The notes under the pieces are model-generated. The model was not told the DNA's origin and did not search any database. It saw only the letters and a program-made list of their open reading frames with translations. From assembly GCA_965198065.1 (NCBI GenBank), contig CBDAON010000004.1:2656001-2720000 (forward strand): a stretch of DNA of 64,000 nt, given 5' to 3'. Both the position numbers and the translations under genes were made by a program. Below, in pieces: positions 21,686 through 34,806 of the stretch; positions within the stretch are counted from its first letter, which is position 1; every line of letters starts with the position of its first letter. This DNA comes from Longimicrobiales bacterium (GTDB lineage Bacteria > Gemmatimonadota > Gemmatimonadetes > Longimicrobiales > Gaopeijiaceae).

Positions 21686-22071
21686 TGCTGGTTGGTTGCG
21701 CGTTTTCGCTCTGGCGGAGCGTGTTCTTAGTTCAGAGAACGCGCCAGGACGAGGAGTTGCTCCGCGATGCAAAGTCTTTCGTGAGGACTGTCGTGGAGGA
21801 CAACTCCATCAACTACTCTCAAGACAAGAGAACGAGGGCCTGGACGGCGGGATATTACCTCAACAACGCTTTCTTCCGCCTATCTCTGGCCTATGATCGA
21901 CTGCCGGCCAATAAAAAGGTGAAGCGGCTGCATGAAGCTCCGGTCAGAGAGTGGGATGGCGTTACAACTCGGCGAGATCTCACCGGGGCAGATGCGGGAA
22001 GGATGGGAGCAGGCGTACAAGGCCGCGATAGAGGTACTCGAACCGTTGCGAACACCCTAAGGTGCGATTAA
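21686..22071 (+). pseudogene. 5'-truncated hypothetical protein fragment
   Basis: Protein-like stretch LLVGCAFSLWRSVFL...WTAGYYLNNAFFRL begins at the IS256 breakpoint. Confidence 0.45.
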
Positions 22072-22635
22072 GACGCATGTAGTGATTTTACCAGCTCATG
22101 CCCCGGCTTGGATCGTCGAACAGTCTCAGCGCCGGCGGCCCTCAGCATCCGGATTCTTGGGGACATGTTTGCGGAGACCCGACATGGCTGTAGTCGGGAG
22201 ACCCGAGTCGGTGTTCGACTGTTCGGGGTGTTCGGGGGGGAGGTGCCCAGCGCCAGTTTGCTGTATCCCTCGACGGGTTCTCTTTCGATTCGGCGTAGGT
22301 GTCTTAGGTTGGGCTGCTTATGGAAGCACCGCGGGAAGGCTTACGCCGGGTTGCGCTTTCGATGGGTGGCCTCGGATTCCTCTCGTGGTCTCTTCTACTT
22401 ATTACCGACCTACTTTCCGAAGGCGCTGGAGACGAATGGACGGGGTGGGACTATCTCTGGGTCTCTCCGTTCTGTGGGTCATTGGTGGAGTGATCGTCTT
22501 TGCGATCCCTCTGTTATTGGTTCGTTGGGTCATCTGAATATGGGATGGGTTTGCCGGACGCGACAGGGCCGAGGGATGAACATCCCCCGACCTGACGCAA
22601 CACTACCCCGTTCAGCCCCCCGGTAATCTTCAGGA

Positions 22636-23151
22636 ATGGTGCTTCATCCCGACAGCTACCTGCCCGAGTTCTTCACCGAGGAACGGCTCGCTCACTACCG
22701 TGAGCTTCAGGAGCGGTTTCCGCTTTGGTGTGGGCATTGGCCACCCGACCAGGGCACCGTGCTCGAACGGCTGACCTGGGACTCGGCTGCGCAGATCCGG
22801 GGGGTCATCGACAAGGCTAAGATCGAGCTTGAGAAGCATCAATTCTTCCTCACCCACTGGTTTGCCACACCCCAGCCGGACCTCTTGCCGGGGATAATCT
22901 TTGAAATCCAACGGTACGAGGGGGAGGTGGAACTCGATGACGGTAGGCTCGACCACGCCACTTCCCATCATGCGGTCCCCCCAGAGCCAAACCTTCACAC
23001 GGCGTGGCTATCTGCCCTGAACTACGTTGGCCATCCGTGGATGACCGAGCCCGCGGACGTGTCGGGCCCATCCCCCGATGACACGGCGGCGCATTGGGTC
23101 ACCGCTTGTACGGCCACCTGCAGCAGCGGCCTGACCGCAGTACTGTTGTAG
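22636..23151 (+). CDS. Hypothetical protein
   Basis: ATG after AGGA; protein-like composition; no recognised family. Confidence 0.45.
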   Translation: MVLHPDSYLPEFFTEERLAHYRELQERFPLWCGHWPPDQGTVLERLTWDSAAQIRGVIDKAKIELEKHQFFLTHWFATPQPDLLPGIIFEIQRYEGEVELDDGRLDHATSHHAVPPEPNLHTAWLSALNYVGHPWMTEPADVSGPSPDDTAAHWVTACTATCSSGLTAVLL

Positions 23152-23347
23152 AATACAGAGTTGCTGAGTTGGTACGGTTCCCGACCGAGGAGAGGCGGCG
23201 TGCGATTGCCGGTGGAGGAGGGGCTTGAGGGTGACCATCCCTGCCTGCACCTTGAGGAACCAGGGTCCGAATTGTGCCCCTAGTAGTGCCCCGTGGCTTT
23301 GGACCCAGGGAGTGTATAACGGTCAAACTGTTTTAGGACAACGTATT

Positions 23348-23431
23348 GCCGGGATGGCGAAATCGGCAGACGCGGAGGTCTCAAAAACCTCTGGGAGCAA
23401 TCCCTTGCGGGTTCGAGTCCCGCTCCCGGCA
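23348..23431 (+). tRNA. tRNA-Leu(CAA)
   Basis: GCCGGGA acceptor stem, GAGGT-CTCAAAA-ACCTC anticodon arm, long variable arm, GGTTCGAGTCC T-arm; CCA not encoded (ATCA). Confidence 0.96.
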
Positions 23432-23461
23432 TCAAGGACAGAGAATGGTTTTAGCGGGATG

Positions 23462-23487
23462 GGCCGCTCCTAGAGGGGCGGCCTTTT
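23462..23487 (+). terminator. Rho-independent terminator after tRNA-Leu
   Basis: GGCCGCTCC-TAGA-GGGGCGGCC followed by TTTT. Confidence 0.7.
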
Positions 23488-23606
23488 CGGTGAGATCGAC
23501 TAGCCAGCTGTAGGACTCGCCGACCTACCTCAGCTCCCGGAAGAGGTGCATGGTCACGACTCCAGTCGAGTCATCAGTTGTCAGTTGACTCCGTGTCCGC
23601 ACGCGG

Positions 23607-23975
23607 CTATCCGATTGAGAGACGGATGTAGGCTCCCTCGATCTGGAAGCTGGGGCCTCCGGCCACGTCATTAAGGCCGTCGAGCTCCCAGGAAGGGCCA
23701 CCGGGAGCGAACGTGTATCCGACCTGGAGACCGACCAGCAGGCCGCCCCCTTCCTCACCATCGTCTTCCGTGAAGCGAACTCGATAGTTGGCACCTACGG
23801 ACCCGTCGAGGAGGAACATCCCATTCGAGAGTTCCGAGCTACGGGCGGGATTCTCAAGAACCTCCTCGAACGTGGGCGTACTTCGCTCCTTGAGAGCCAC
23901 GCTCATTGCCCCGCCCCCGATCCCAATCGTGGGGAAGACGTCGAAGCCTCCACTTGAGAACGCCAGGTAACCCAC
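23607..23975 (-). pseudogene. C-terminal fragment of an outer-membrane beta-barrel protein
   Basis: Alternating beta-strand pattern, ends GAYIRLSIG; no 5' part. Confidence 0.5.
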
Positions 23976-24122
23976 ACGAAATAGTGCATATCCACCCCCG
24001 GCCGAGATCTCAAGCGAGCCGTCTGCGCTTCTTTCCTCCGAACCTACGACCGGTGATGATGCACTTTACGCAATACATTCACCGGGATAGCTTGTGCGCC
24101 ATTCGATCCTGCCCAATGGAGA

Positions 24123-24434
24123 ATGGCGTCCATGGCCGAAATTACGGAGAAGCAGAATACGGGAACGCTGTCGGAGGAACAGAAGAAGAAAGCTGTGTCG
24201 TGGTTGAACGAGAAACTGGAGAACGACCCGAAGTGTCCGATATGTGCACAGTCAAATTGGCTCATAGGAGACCTATCAGGTACGGGTGCAAGCGTCAAAT
24301 GCTATCTTGGGTGGGAGAGGGTTACCCTTGATCGCAATTATATGCAGGAATTGTGGCAACACTCAGTTCCTAAACATGCTCATCATGGGGTATGGGTGGA
24401 AAAGAAGCCATCGGAGGAGGAATCCGATGGCTAA
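24123..24434 (+). pseudogene. Small Zn-ribbon protein, frameshifted
   Basis: CPIC in one frame and ICRNCGNTQFLN in another; lower GC. Confidence 0.55.
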
Positions 24435-24725
24435 CGAGACCGAAATGGGAGAGGGTTATTCAACAACCAATTTTCGTGGACCTAGGGTGGTCAACGAATA
24501 CGCCGATCGCTCCGTGAAAAACCATCTTATTACAGAAATAGAGCTCAAGGGTCTGGGAAGAACTACCACCTTTATGACTCTGGCATTTTCCGTTGCTGCA
24601 TGGGCCATTGGTTTCGGATTGGATTCGGTGCGAGAGTATCAACTAGCTGGTGAAGAAGAAAGGTCCGTAGCCTTAAACTGGATCTTGGTCAATATCGTTA
24701 TTGCTGTCCCTTTTCTTATTGCAGG
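24427..24725 (+). pseudogene. Two-TM membrane protein interrupted by IS-C; tail continues at 25909-25937
   Basis: MANETEMGEG... with two hydrophobic helices; frame resumes after the TSD as GIVNLCQRY. Confidence 0.55.
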
Positions 24726-25908
24726 TGACGTGACACCCTTAGTTGATCCGTTTATTCCCTGACTCCATGTGGTGGTTGAGGGCGAAGTCCGCAGGTGGGA
24801 GATCGCCCAGGGCGCTGTGGGGTCGGACGCGATTGTAGTCCTGCCTCCAGCGTTCGATCGTGTGCCTCGCATCCCGTAGGGAGAGGAACCAGTGGAGGTT
24901 CAGGCACTCGTCCCTGAAGCTCCCGAGGAAGCTCTCGACGAAGCAGTTCTGAATCGGCTTGCCCGGCTGTATGTATTCTATCTTGAGGTCCCGGGAGTAG
25001 GCCCAGGCGTCGAAGGCACGGCTCGTGAACTCGGAGCCGTTGTCGCAGATCACGCGCTCCGGCAAGCCGCGTTCCTCCCGAAGTCTCTCGAGCACCTCGA
25101 TCACGCTCGCCGCAGGGATCGAGTGAGCGACGTGGAGTGCCAGGCACTCGCGGCTGAACTCGTCGATCACCGCGAGGCACCGGAACACTCGGCCCGTACT
25201 CAGCGTGTCCATGATGAAGTCCACGCTCCACCGCTCGTTCGGATGGCCGAGTGGGTCACGCACCGGTCGTGGTACCTGGCTCCGTCGTCTCCGACCCTTT
25301 CGCCGCACCGCGAGCCCTTCCTCGCGGTAGAGCCGGTGGATCCGCTTCCGGTTCACCAGCCATCCCTCGCGGCGCAGAAGCACGTGGATGCGTCGGTAGC
25401 CCCAGCGAGGCCGCTCGCCCGCGAGCTCCCGGATCCTCGCACGTAACCCCTCCTGAGCTGGGCGCTCGCTTCGGTACCGGATCGTTGAACGCGGGAAGCC
25501 TGTCCAACGGACCACTCGACGCTCCGAGGCCTTCTCGGCGGCTTGCACCCTCCGGACGACCTGGCGCCGCTCCCCGGCCGTCACAACTCGTTTCCCAGCA
25601 GGTCCTTCAGCACCTGAAGGTTCAGCGCCTGGTCGGCCACGATGCGCTTGAGCCGTCGGTTCTCGTCCTCAAGTGCCTTCAACCGCCTCGCGTCACTGAC
25701 CTCAAGGCCCCCGTACTTCTTCTTCCACCGATAGAACGTGTCGTGGCTGATCCCGTGGCGTCGGCATACCTCTTTCGTCGCTCCGCCCGCCTCCGCCTCC
25801 CGTAGGATCCCGATGATCTGCTCTTCCGTGAACCTACTCTTCCTCATGACTCCTCACTTACTCCGAGGAGTCAGAGAATAGCTGGCTCAGCTTCCGGGTG
25901 TCACGTCA
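24726..25908 (-). mobile_element. IS3-family element 'IS-C', intact, 1183 bp
   Basis: IRs TGACGTGACACCC; 4-bp TSD CAGG; orfA 25581-25847, orfB 24739-25584 (WSVDF, DNGSEF, VESF); GGGAAAC slippery site. Confidence 0.97.
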
Positions 25909-25937
25909 CAGGCATTGTTAACCTATGCCAGAGGTAT

Positions 25938-26378
25938 TGACCTGACCCGCTGAAACGAGACCAGGTGCAATGTTAGGATCGACCTGGTCCGAAGCTTTTC
26001 AGCGAGGAGGTCAGGATGGGAAGGAAGCGACACACTCCGGAGCAGATCATCACTGCAGTGCGGGAGGCAGAGGTCGGTCTGGCCGGCGGCAAATCCGTGA
26101 AGCTGATCAGGGGGGAGCTCGGCATCACCGAGCAGACGTACTACCGGTGGAGGCGGGAGTACGGCGGGATGAAGGTGGACCAGGCACGGCGCCTGAAGGA
26201 GCTCGAGCGCGAGAACGGGCGCCTGAAGCGAGCAGTGGCGGACTTGACACTGGACAAGCTGATCGTGGAGGAAGCGGCCAAGGGAAACTTCTGAGCCCCG
26301 AGGGCCGACGACGTTGTGTGGTGCGTGTACGTCAGCAGCTCGGGGCGTCGGAGAGGAGAGCGTGCCGGGTGCTCGGGC
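25938..26378 (+). mobile_element. IS-A left fragment (IR, orfA, start of orfB)
   Basis: TGACCTGACCCGCTGAAACG start; orfA 26016-26294; breaks directly into the Sel1 gene. Confidence 0.92.
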
Positions 26379-28404
<2,026 letters not shown>

Positions 28405-29142
28405 GTGGACGTCTGTACGTTCTGGCGAGGGCAAGGTCAGCGATCCCGGCCTTGATGTTGCGGGCCTACGCTTACGCTTCTAGGTCGGTGGCCGCCCCAC
28501 GGAAGGTACCGGACTCCTCCGGAGCACGGGAGAGTCAGCCCACACAATGTTTGAACTTGGGGATCTAGCGAGGCGATGCTGCGCCCCCTTTCGAACCCCC
28601 GGCTCCCTCGCCGCCGCCCGCGTATCGCTGGCGGAACTCGCCGACTGGCGCGCTAAGGCCATCGCCGCCGCCGTGTCGCTCCTGGTCTATGGATCCTTCG
28701 GCGGAATAGGCAGCGCCGGTGCGGGGCGGTGGACTACCAGTTCGCCAGCCACGCGCCCGTGAAAACGTCGGCAATCGCCGCGACTGAGGCCCTGTGCGCG
28801 GCCGACCGTGCGAGGGCACGGGCCTCAACCAAAGGGAACGTCGAGCCTAGAGTTGGTTTTTGGGATCCCCAGGGATGTTGGAAGCCCCGGCCCGCGAGTC
28901 CCAGGCCCGATCGCTTCCCCGGCCCGAAGCCGGTCGAGACAGTCGGCCCGGCGCTTTTTCGGACTGCCGTGCTCTCGAAAACACCGCTAGCAGGTGCATA
29001 TGCCGATGCTTGGGATTCCCGCCAATCGATTCCGCATTTCCCGCTATCGTGACTCGATGGAATCAGATATCCGCCAACGGCAAGTGCGGCAGATCGTGCA
29101 GTCCTAGTTGAACTTAGAAGATTTCTTGCCTTGCATCACGTC

Positions 29143-29627
29143 ATCTGTACTCTGCCGAGTGGACCGAGATCGATCGGGAGAACGGCGTGTGGACCGTACC
29201 GGCTAGGCGGATGAAGTCGAACCGGGAGCACCGGGTGCCGCTGTGTGGCCGTGCACTGGAGATTCTGGACGGGGCACGGACGCTGGTGAAGGGAACCAGT
29301 CCGTATCTGTTTCCCAATCGGCTCGGCAAGCAGCTCGAGGAGAAGCAACTGCGCCGGATGCTCGGGAAGCACAAGATCGCGGCCGTGCCCCACGGTTTTC
29401 GCTCTAGCTTCCGCGATTGGGCGGCCGAGGAGACGAATCATCCGCGCGAGGTCATCGAAGCGGCCCTCACGCATGTGGTCCAGAACAGGGTCGAGGCAGC
29501 CTATCGGCGGACGGACCTGTTCGAGCGGCGTCGTCGGCTCATGGGTGACTGGGCTGCCTATCTAGCCGGAGCACCGCGAGAACCAGAGGCCACGACTCCC
29601 CGAGGGAATGCCGCCGAGCTCCGATGA
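29143..29627 (+). pseudogene. P4-like tyrosine integrase, C-terminal fragment
   Basis: WTVPARRMK, HRVPL, HGFRSSFRDWAAE, EAALTH, AAYRRTD. Confidence 0.9.
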
Positions 29628-29939
29628 AAAGCTTGGCCGGTCATCGGGGGCGCTAGTGATGGCCAACCGGGATTCGGAAGTCTCGGAAGTGGAGCCGGTG
29701 ACCAAGTCCACGGACACATGCGAGTTTCACCAATACCGCGGCAGTTAATTGCGTCCGGGACCTGAGAGCCATCGATCTGCCAAACATTCGGGAGTCAGAA
29801 TCCGAATAGCCAGCACGGAAGCCCTGCTGAACTCACCGATTCCTCATGACCTTCACTCCTCGAGCCCAAGAGCGCGCCTGGCCAGCCCGGGCAGAAGGTT
29901 GGCCAGCATGTTCGTTGTGGCGGTCAGCCCCAGCGAGGC

Positions 29940-31226
29940 TGATCTGACCCCCTAAGACGAGACCAAGTCCAGTTTTAGAATTCTGGACGGGTCGAGACAT
30001 GGAAAAGGAGGTCAGGATGGCAGCGCCAAAGAAGCTGAGCGCGGGACAAATCATCAACCAACTGCGCAGGGCGGAAGTGGCCCTGGCGAACGGGAAGAGG
30101 GTCAAGCAAGTGTGCCGGGAGCTGGGGGTGAAAGCGAGCAAACGTACTACCGGTGGCGCAAAGAGTACGGGGGAATGAAGGTGAGCCAGGCGAAGCGTCT
30201 CAAGGCGCTCGAGAAGCAAAACCAGCGACTGAAGCAGGCGGTGGCGGATCTGACGGTGGACAACATGATTTTGAAGGAAGCGTCCAAGGGAAACTTCTGA
30301 GCCCCGAGCGGCGCAGGCGGTGCGTGGTGCACAGTGCGGCAGCGGCTTGGGGTGAGCGAAAGGAAAGCGTGCCGGGTGCTGGGACAGGCGCGCTCGACGC
30401 AGCGTCGGATCCCGAAGCGCAGGGAGGACGAAGAGGCCCTGAGGCAGGACGTGGTGAAGGTTGGCTCGCAGGTTCGGACGCTACGGGTACCGGATGGTGA
30501 CGGGGATGCTGAGGACCGAGGGCTGGGCAGTGAACCACAAGCGGGTGGAGCGGATCTGGAGACAGGAGGGGCTTAAGGTGCCGAGCAAGCAGCCGAAACG
30601 GGGTCGCCTGTGGTGACGGACGGCTCCTGTATCCGACTGTGGCCCTTGTACCGACATCACGTTTGGGCGTATGACTTCGTGTCCGACCGGACCCACGACG
30701 GACGGCCACTGAAGATGCTGACGGTCCTGGACGAGTACAGCCGCGAGTGCCTGGCGATCGTGGTGGCCCGTAGGCTTCAGACGGACGATGTCCTGCAGAC
30801 GCTGAGCGAGTTGTTCGTTGAGCATGGCCCACCGGCGAACCTGCGCTCCGACAACGGTCCGGAGGTCACGGCCCGAGTGGTTCGGCAGTGGCTTGGAGGG
30901 TTGGGTGTGAAGACGCTGTTCATCGCACCCGGCAGCCCCTGGGAAAACGGCTACAATGAGAGCTTCAACGGCACGTTCAGGCAGGAGCTGTTGAGGCGCG
31001 AGATCTTCTATTCGCTGCAGGAGGCGAAGGTGCTGATCGAGCAGTGGCGGCGTGAATACAACACCGTCCGACCCCACAGCTCTCTGGGCTGTCTACCGCC
31101 CGCTCCTGAAGCCATTCGGCCCGACCCGAAGCTGCTCAACCTACCCTTGCTACTCGGACCTCACCCCAGGCAAAATGAGGCGGTTGGACTAACACTCTGG
31201 GTGGTACCACTCTTGGGGGTAGGTCA
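29940..31226 (+). mobile_element. IS3-family element 'IS-D' (close relative of IS-B), multiply frameshifted
   Basis: TGATCTGACCCCCTAAGACGAG ... GGGGGTAGGTCA; orfA/orfB fragments. Confidence 0.92.
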
Positions 31227-31477
31227 CCACTCGGTCCGGGTGCCGACCGGCACGGCTTCGATGCGCGACCACTCGGACAGGGTCCGGGCAGCCGGCCGCC
31301 GTTGCGCCGCCTGAAGGCTACGGCCCAGAGGCACGTAGGTCCGGAAGGGCGTTTGGTGTATACCAGTGCCGACCAGGCCGGCCAAAATGGAAATCCCGGC
31401 TGGAACGTACTCACCGGAGGTTCGCACGTCGTGCAAGAGCCAGCACCATCCAGAACCCAGATGTCAACGACACACGC

Positions 31478-31912
31478 TTGGCGGTTTCGGCGATTGCGAG
31501 CCCGTGTCTCGCTGGTGATCCCATGGTGACATGGCGCGCCTGGGGGATCCCAGTGCGATGCGGGGCGGGCATGGTGGCCCTGCAAACCCTCCTCGCGCTC
31601 TACCGCTTTGGAGACAGCACGGCCCTGCTGCAGTTGGTGAATCCGCTGATGTGGATCGGGCTGGGTCTGTTCTTCGTCACGGGCTGGGTCATTGGCTGGG
31701 TGGTGGAACGCCTTCTCCGCGGCACGACCGGTAGGTTCCGCACGCTGCTGCTGGGCGCGACGTTCCTGGCCACCCCCGTGGCGGTCGCCGGGAGCCTCGT
31801 GGGGGGGCTATTCGGCCCTCCGGGGGTCCTGCTCTATGGCCTGATCCCGTATCTCCTCCTGGTGGGGATTCCCAGACTGATTGGGGTCGTGTGGACCTGG
31901 CATGGCTCCTGA
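31478..31912 (+). CDS. Multi-TM membrane protein (hypothetical, start uncertain)
   Basis: Three to four hydrophobic helices. Confidence 0.55.
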   Translation: MAVSAIASPCLAGDPMVTWRAWGIPVRCGAGMVALQTLLALYRFGDSTALLQLVNPLMWIGLGLFFVTGWVIGWVVERLLRGTTGRFRTLLLGATFLATPVAVAGSLVGGLFGPPGVLLYGLIPYLLLVGIPRLIGVVWTWHGS

Positions 31913-32063
31913 GCTTCCGGAAGCAGAGTACGAACAACTCGAGGCGGTGTAGGACCTCCCACCAGTTGGACTGCCCTCCTGATTCTGAACGAACCTGAGC
32001 TGGCCGACCGCCGTTTGACGTCGCCGCGTGTCAAGACGGCCATCTTCCTCTCGCCGCTGGCGC

Positions 32064-32975
32064 AAGCGGCCAAGGGAAACTTCTGAGCCCCGAGGGCCGA
32101 CGACGTTGTGTGGTGCGTGTACGTCAGCAGCTCGGGGCGTCGGAGAGGAGAGCGTGCCGGGTGCTCGGGCAGCCACGCACGACCCAGCGCGGGGCGAGGA
32201 GAGTGGCGAGTGACGAGGGGGCGCTCCGAGGTGATATCGTGCGACTCGCGAGTCGATTCGGCCGCTACGGCTAGCGACGCGTCACGGACACGCTCCGCAT
32301 CGAGGGCTGGGGGGTGAAGCACAAGCGGGTGGAGCGGATCTGGAGGCAGGAGGGGCTGAAGGTCCCGGAGCGGCAGCCGAAGCGAGGTCGGCTGTGGCTC
32401 AACGACGGATCGTGCATCCGGCTGAGGCCGCTGTATCGGGGCCACGTCTGGTCGTACGACTTCGTGGCCTCGAGGACGCACGACGGGCGTGCGCTGAAGC
32501 TGCTGACAGTGCTGGACGAGCACACGAGGGAGTGCCTGGCGATCGTGGTGGCTCGCAAGATCCGCTCGCACGACGTGCTCGAGGTGCTGGACGATCTGTT
32601 CGTCCGACACGGGCCCTCCCGAGTATCTGAGGTCGGACAACGGACCGGAGTTCACCGCGAAGCCCGTGCGGCGGTGGTTGGGGCGCGTGGGCGTCGAGAC
32701 GCTCTTTATCGAGCCGGGCAGCCCGTGGGAGAACGGCTACAACGAGAGCTTCAACGGCAAGCTCAGGGACGAGCTGTTGAACGGGGAGATCTTCTGCTCG
32801 TTGGCGGAGGCGGCCGTGCTGGTCGAGCAATGGAGGCGCGAGTACGATACCGTCCGACCCCACAGCGCCTGCGGCGGCTTTCCCCCGGCCCCTGAGGCGA
32901 TTAAGCCGTCGCCCTGGTTCCTGAGGATGCCCGTCCTTCACCGCCCTCCACAGGTGCTGGGACTAACATAGGTTG
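32064..32975 (+). mobile_element. IS-A partial copy (orfB, right IR truncated)
   Basis: Sequence identity to the reverse complement of about 17090-18002. Confidence 0.92.
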
Positions 32976-33952
32976 AGAGCGTCTCGACGCCCACGCGCCC
33001 CAACCACCGCCGCACGGGCTTCGCGGTGAACTCCGGTCCGTTGTCCGACCTCAGATACTCGGGAGGGCCTGTGTCGGACGAACAGATCGGCCAGCACCTC
33101 GAGCACGTCGTGCGAGCGGATCTTGCGAGCCACCACGATCGCCAGGCACTCCCTCGTGTGCTCGTCCAGCACTGTCAGCAGCTTCAGCGCACGCCCGTCG
33201 TGCGTCCTCGAGGCCACGAAGTCGTACGACCAGACGTGGCCCCGATACAGCGGCCTCAGCCGGATGCACGATCCGTCGTTGAGCCACAGCCGACCTCGCT
33301 TCGGCTGCCGCTCCGGGACCTTCAGCCCCTCCTGCCTCCAGATCCGCTCCACCCGCTTGTGCTTCACCCCCCAGCCCTCGATGCGGAGCGTGTCCGTGAC
33401 GCGTCGCTAGCCGTAGCGGCCGAATCGACTCGCGAGTCGCACGATATCACCTCGGAGCGCCCCCTCGTCACTCGCCACTCTCCTCGCCCCGCGCTGGGTC
33501 GTGCGTGGCTGCCCGAGCACCCGGCACGCTCTCCTCTCCGACGCCCCGAGCTGCTGACGTACACGCACCACACAACGTCGTCGGCCCTCGGGGCTCAGAA
33601 GTTTCCCTTGGCCGCTTCCTCCACGATCAGCTTGTCCAGTGTCAAGTCCGCCACTGCTCGCTTCAGGCGCCCGTTCTCGCGCTCGAGCTCCTTCAGGCGC
33701 CGTGCCTGGCTCACCTTCATCCCGCCGTACTCCCGCCTCCACCGGTAGTACGTCTGCTCGGTGATGCCGAGCTCCCCCCTGATCAGCTTCACGGATTTGC
33801 CGCCGGCCAGACCGACCTCTGCCTCCCGCACTTGCAGTGATGATCTGCTCCGGAGTGTGTCGCTTCCTTCCCATCCTGACCTCCTCGCTGAAAAGCTTCG
33901 GACCAGGTCGATCCTAACATTGCACCTGGTCTCGTTTCAGCGGGTCAGGTCA
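32976..33952 (-). mobile_element. IS-A partial copy (left IR, orfA, 5' orfB), inverted against the preceding copy
   Basis: Ends ...CGGGTCAGGTCA at 33952. Confidence 0.92.
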
Positions 33953-34748
33953 ATCTGCTCAGAACGCACGATGTACAGGATCCTCCAAGAGGATCACCCC
34001 GTGCGTGAGCGGCGCAGTCAGCTCACGCATCCCGCCTACAGAAGCCCGAGCTCGTGGCCACGGCACCGAACCAGACCTGGTCGTGGAACATCACCCGGCT
34101 TCTCGGACCCGAGAAGTGGTCGTACTTCTACCTCTACGTCCTCATCGACATCTTCAGCCGGTACGTGGTCGGATGGATGGTCGGCGACCGCGAGAACTCC
34201 GCGCTCGCCGGCCGGCTCATCCAGGAGAGCTGCCTCAAGCAGGATGTCCAGCCCGAGACGCTGACCCTGCACTCCGACCGCGGGGCCCCGATGACCAGCA
34301 AGTGCACGGCCCAGCTGCTCGCCGACCTCGGGATCACCCGCTCGCTCGGCCGTCCCCGGGTCAGCGACGACAACCCCTTCTCGGAGGCGCACTTCAAGAC
34401 CGTCAAGTACCACCCCAACTTCCCCGGACGCTTCGCCGACATCGGCGCGGCGATCGACTTCTGCCGATCCTTCTTCCCTTTGGTACAACCATGAGCATCG
34501 CCACGGCGGGATCGCGATGCTCACCCCGGCTGATGTCCATCACGACCGAGCCCGTGACGTGCTCGCCCAGCGTGAGCGCACTCTCCAGCAGGCGTGGTCA
34601 GAACACCCTGAACGCTTCGTGCAGGGGATCCCCACGCCCCAGCCTCTCCCGACGGAGGTCTGGATCAATCCACCAGCTGCGGCTCCGACACCGCAGCCTG
34701 CTCACTAAATTATGACTCCGGGTGTCTCATCGCTGTTGTCAGGTTCCG
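33953..34748 (+). mobile_element. IS3-family element 'IS-E', 3' part (frameshifted)
   Basis: ATAPNQTWSWNIT, DIFSRYVVGW, HSDRG, DDNPFSEAHFKT; end ...GTGTCTCATCGCTGTTGTCAGGTTCCG. Confidence 0.85.
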
Positions 34749-34806
34749 ATATCCCTCTTTCTGAACGGACATACGATTCCCCAGAGCGCAGAATCATCCT
34801 CGACAG

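Noticed and set aside
28410..29142. Short ORFs and a TGACGTGA-like end between the IS110 and the integrase fragment
   Set aside because: No recognisable protein motif or partner IR; cannot support a call.
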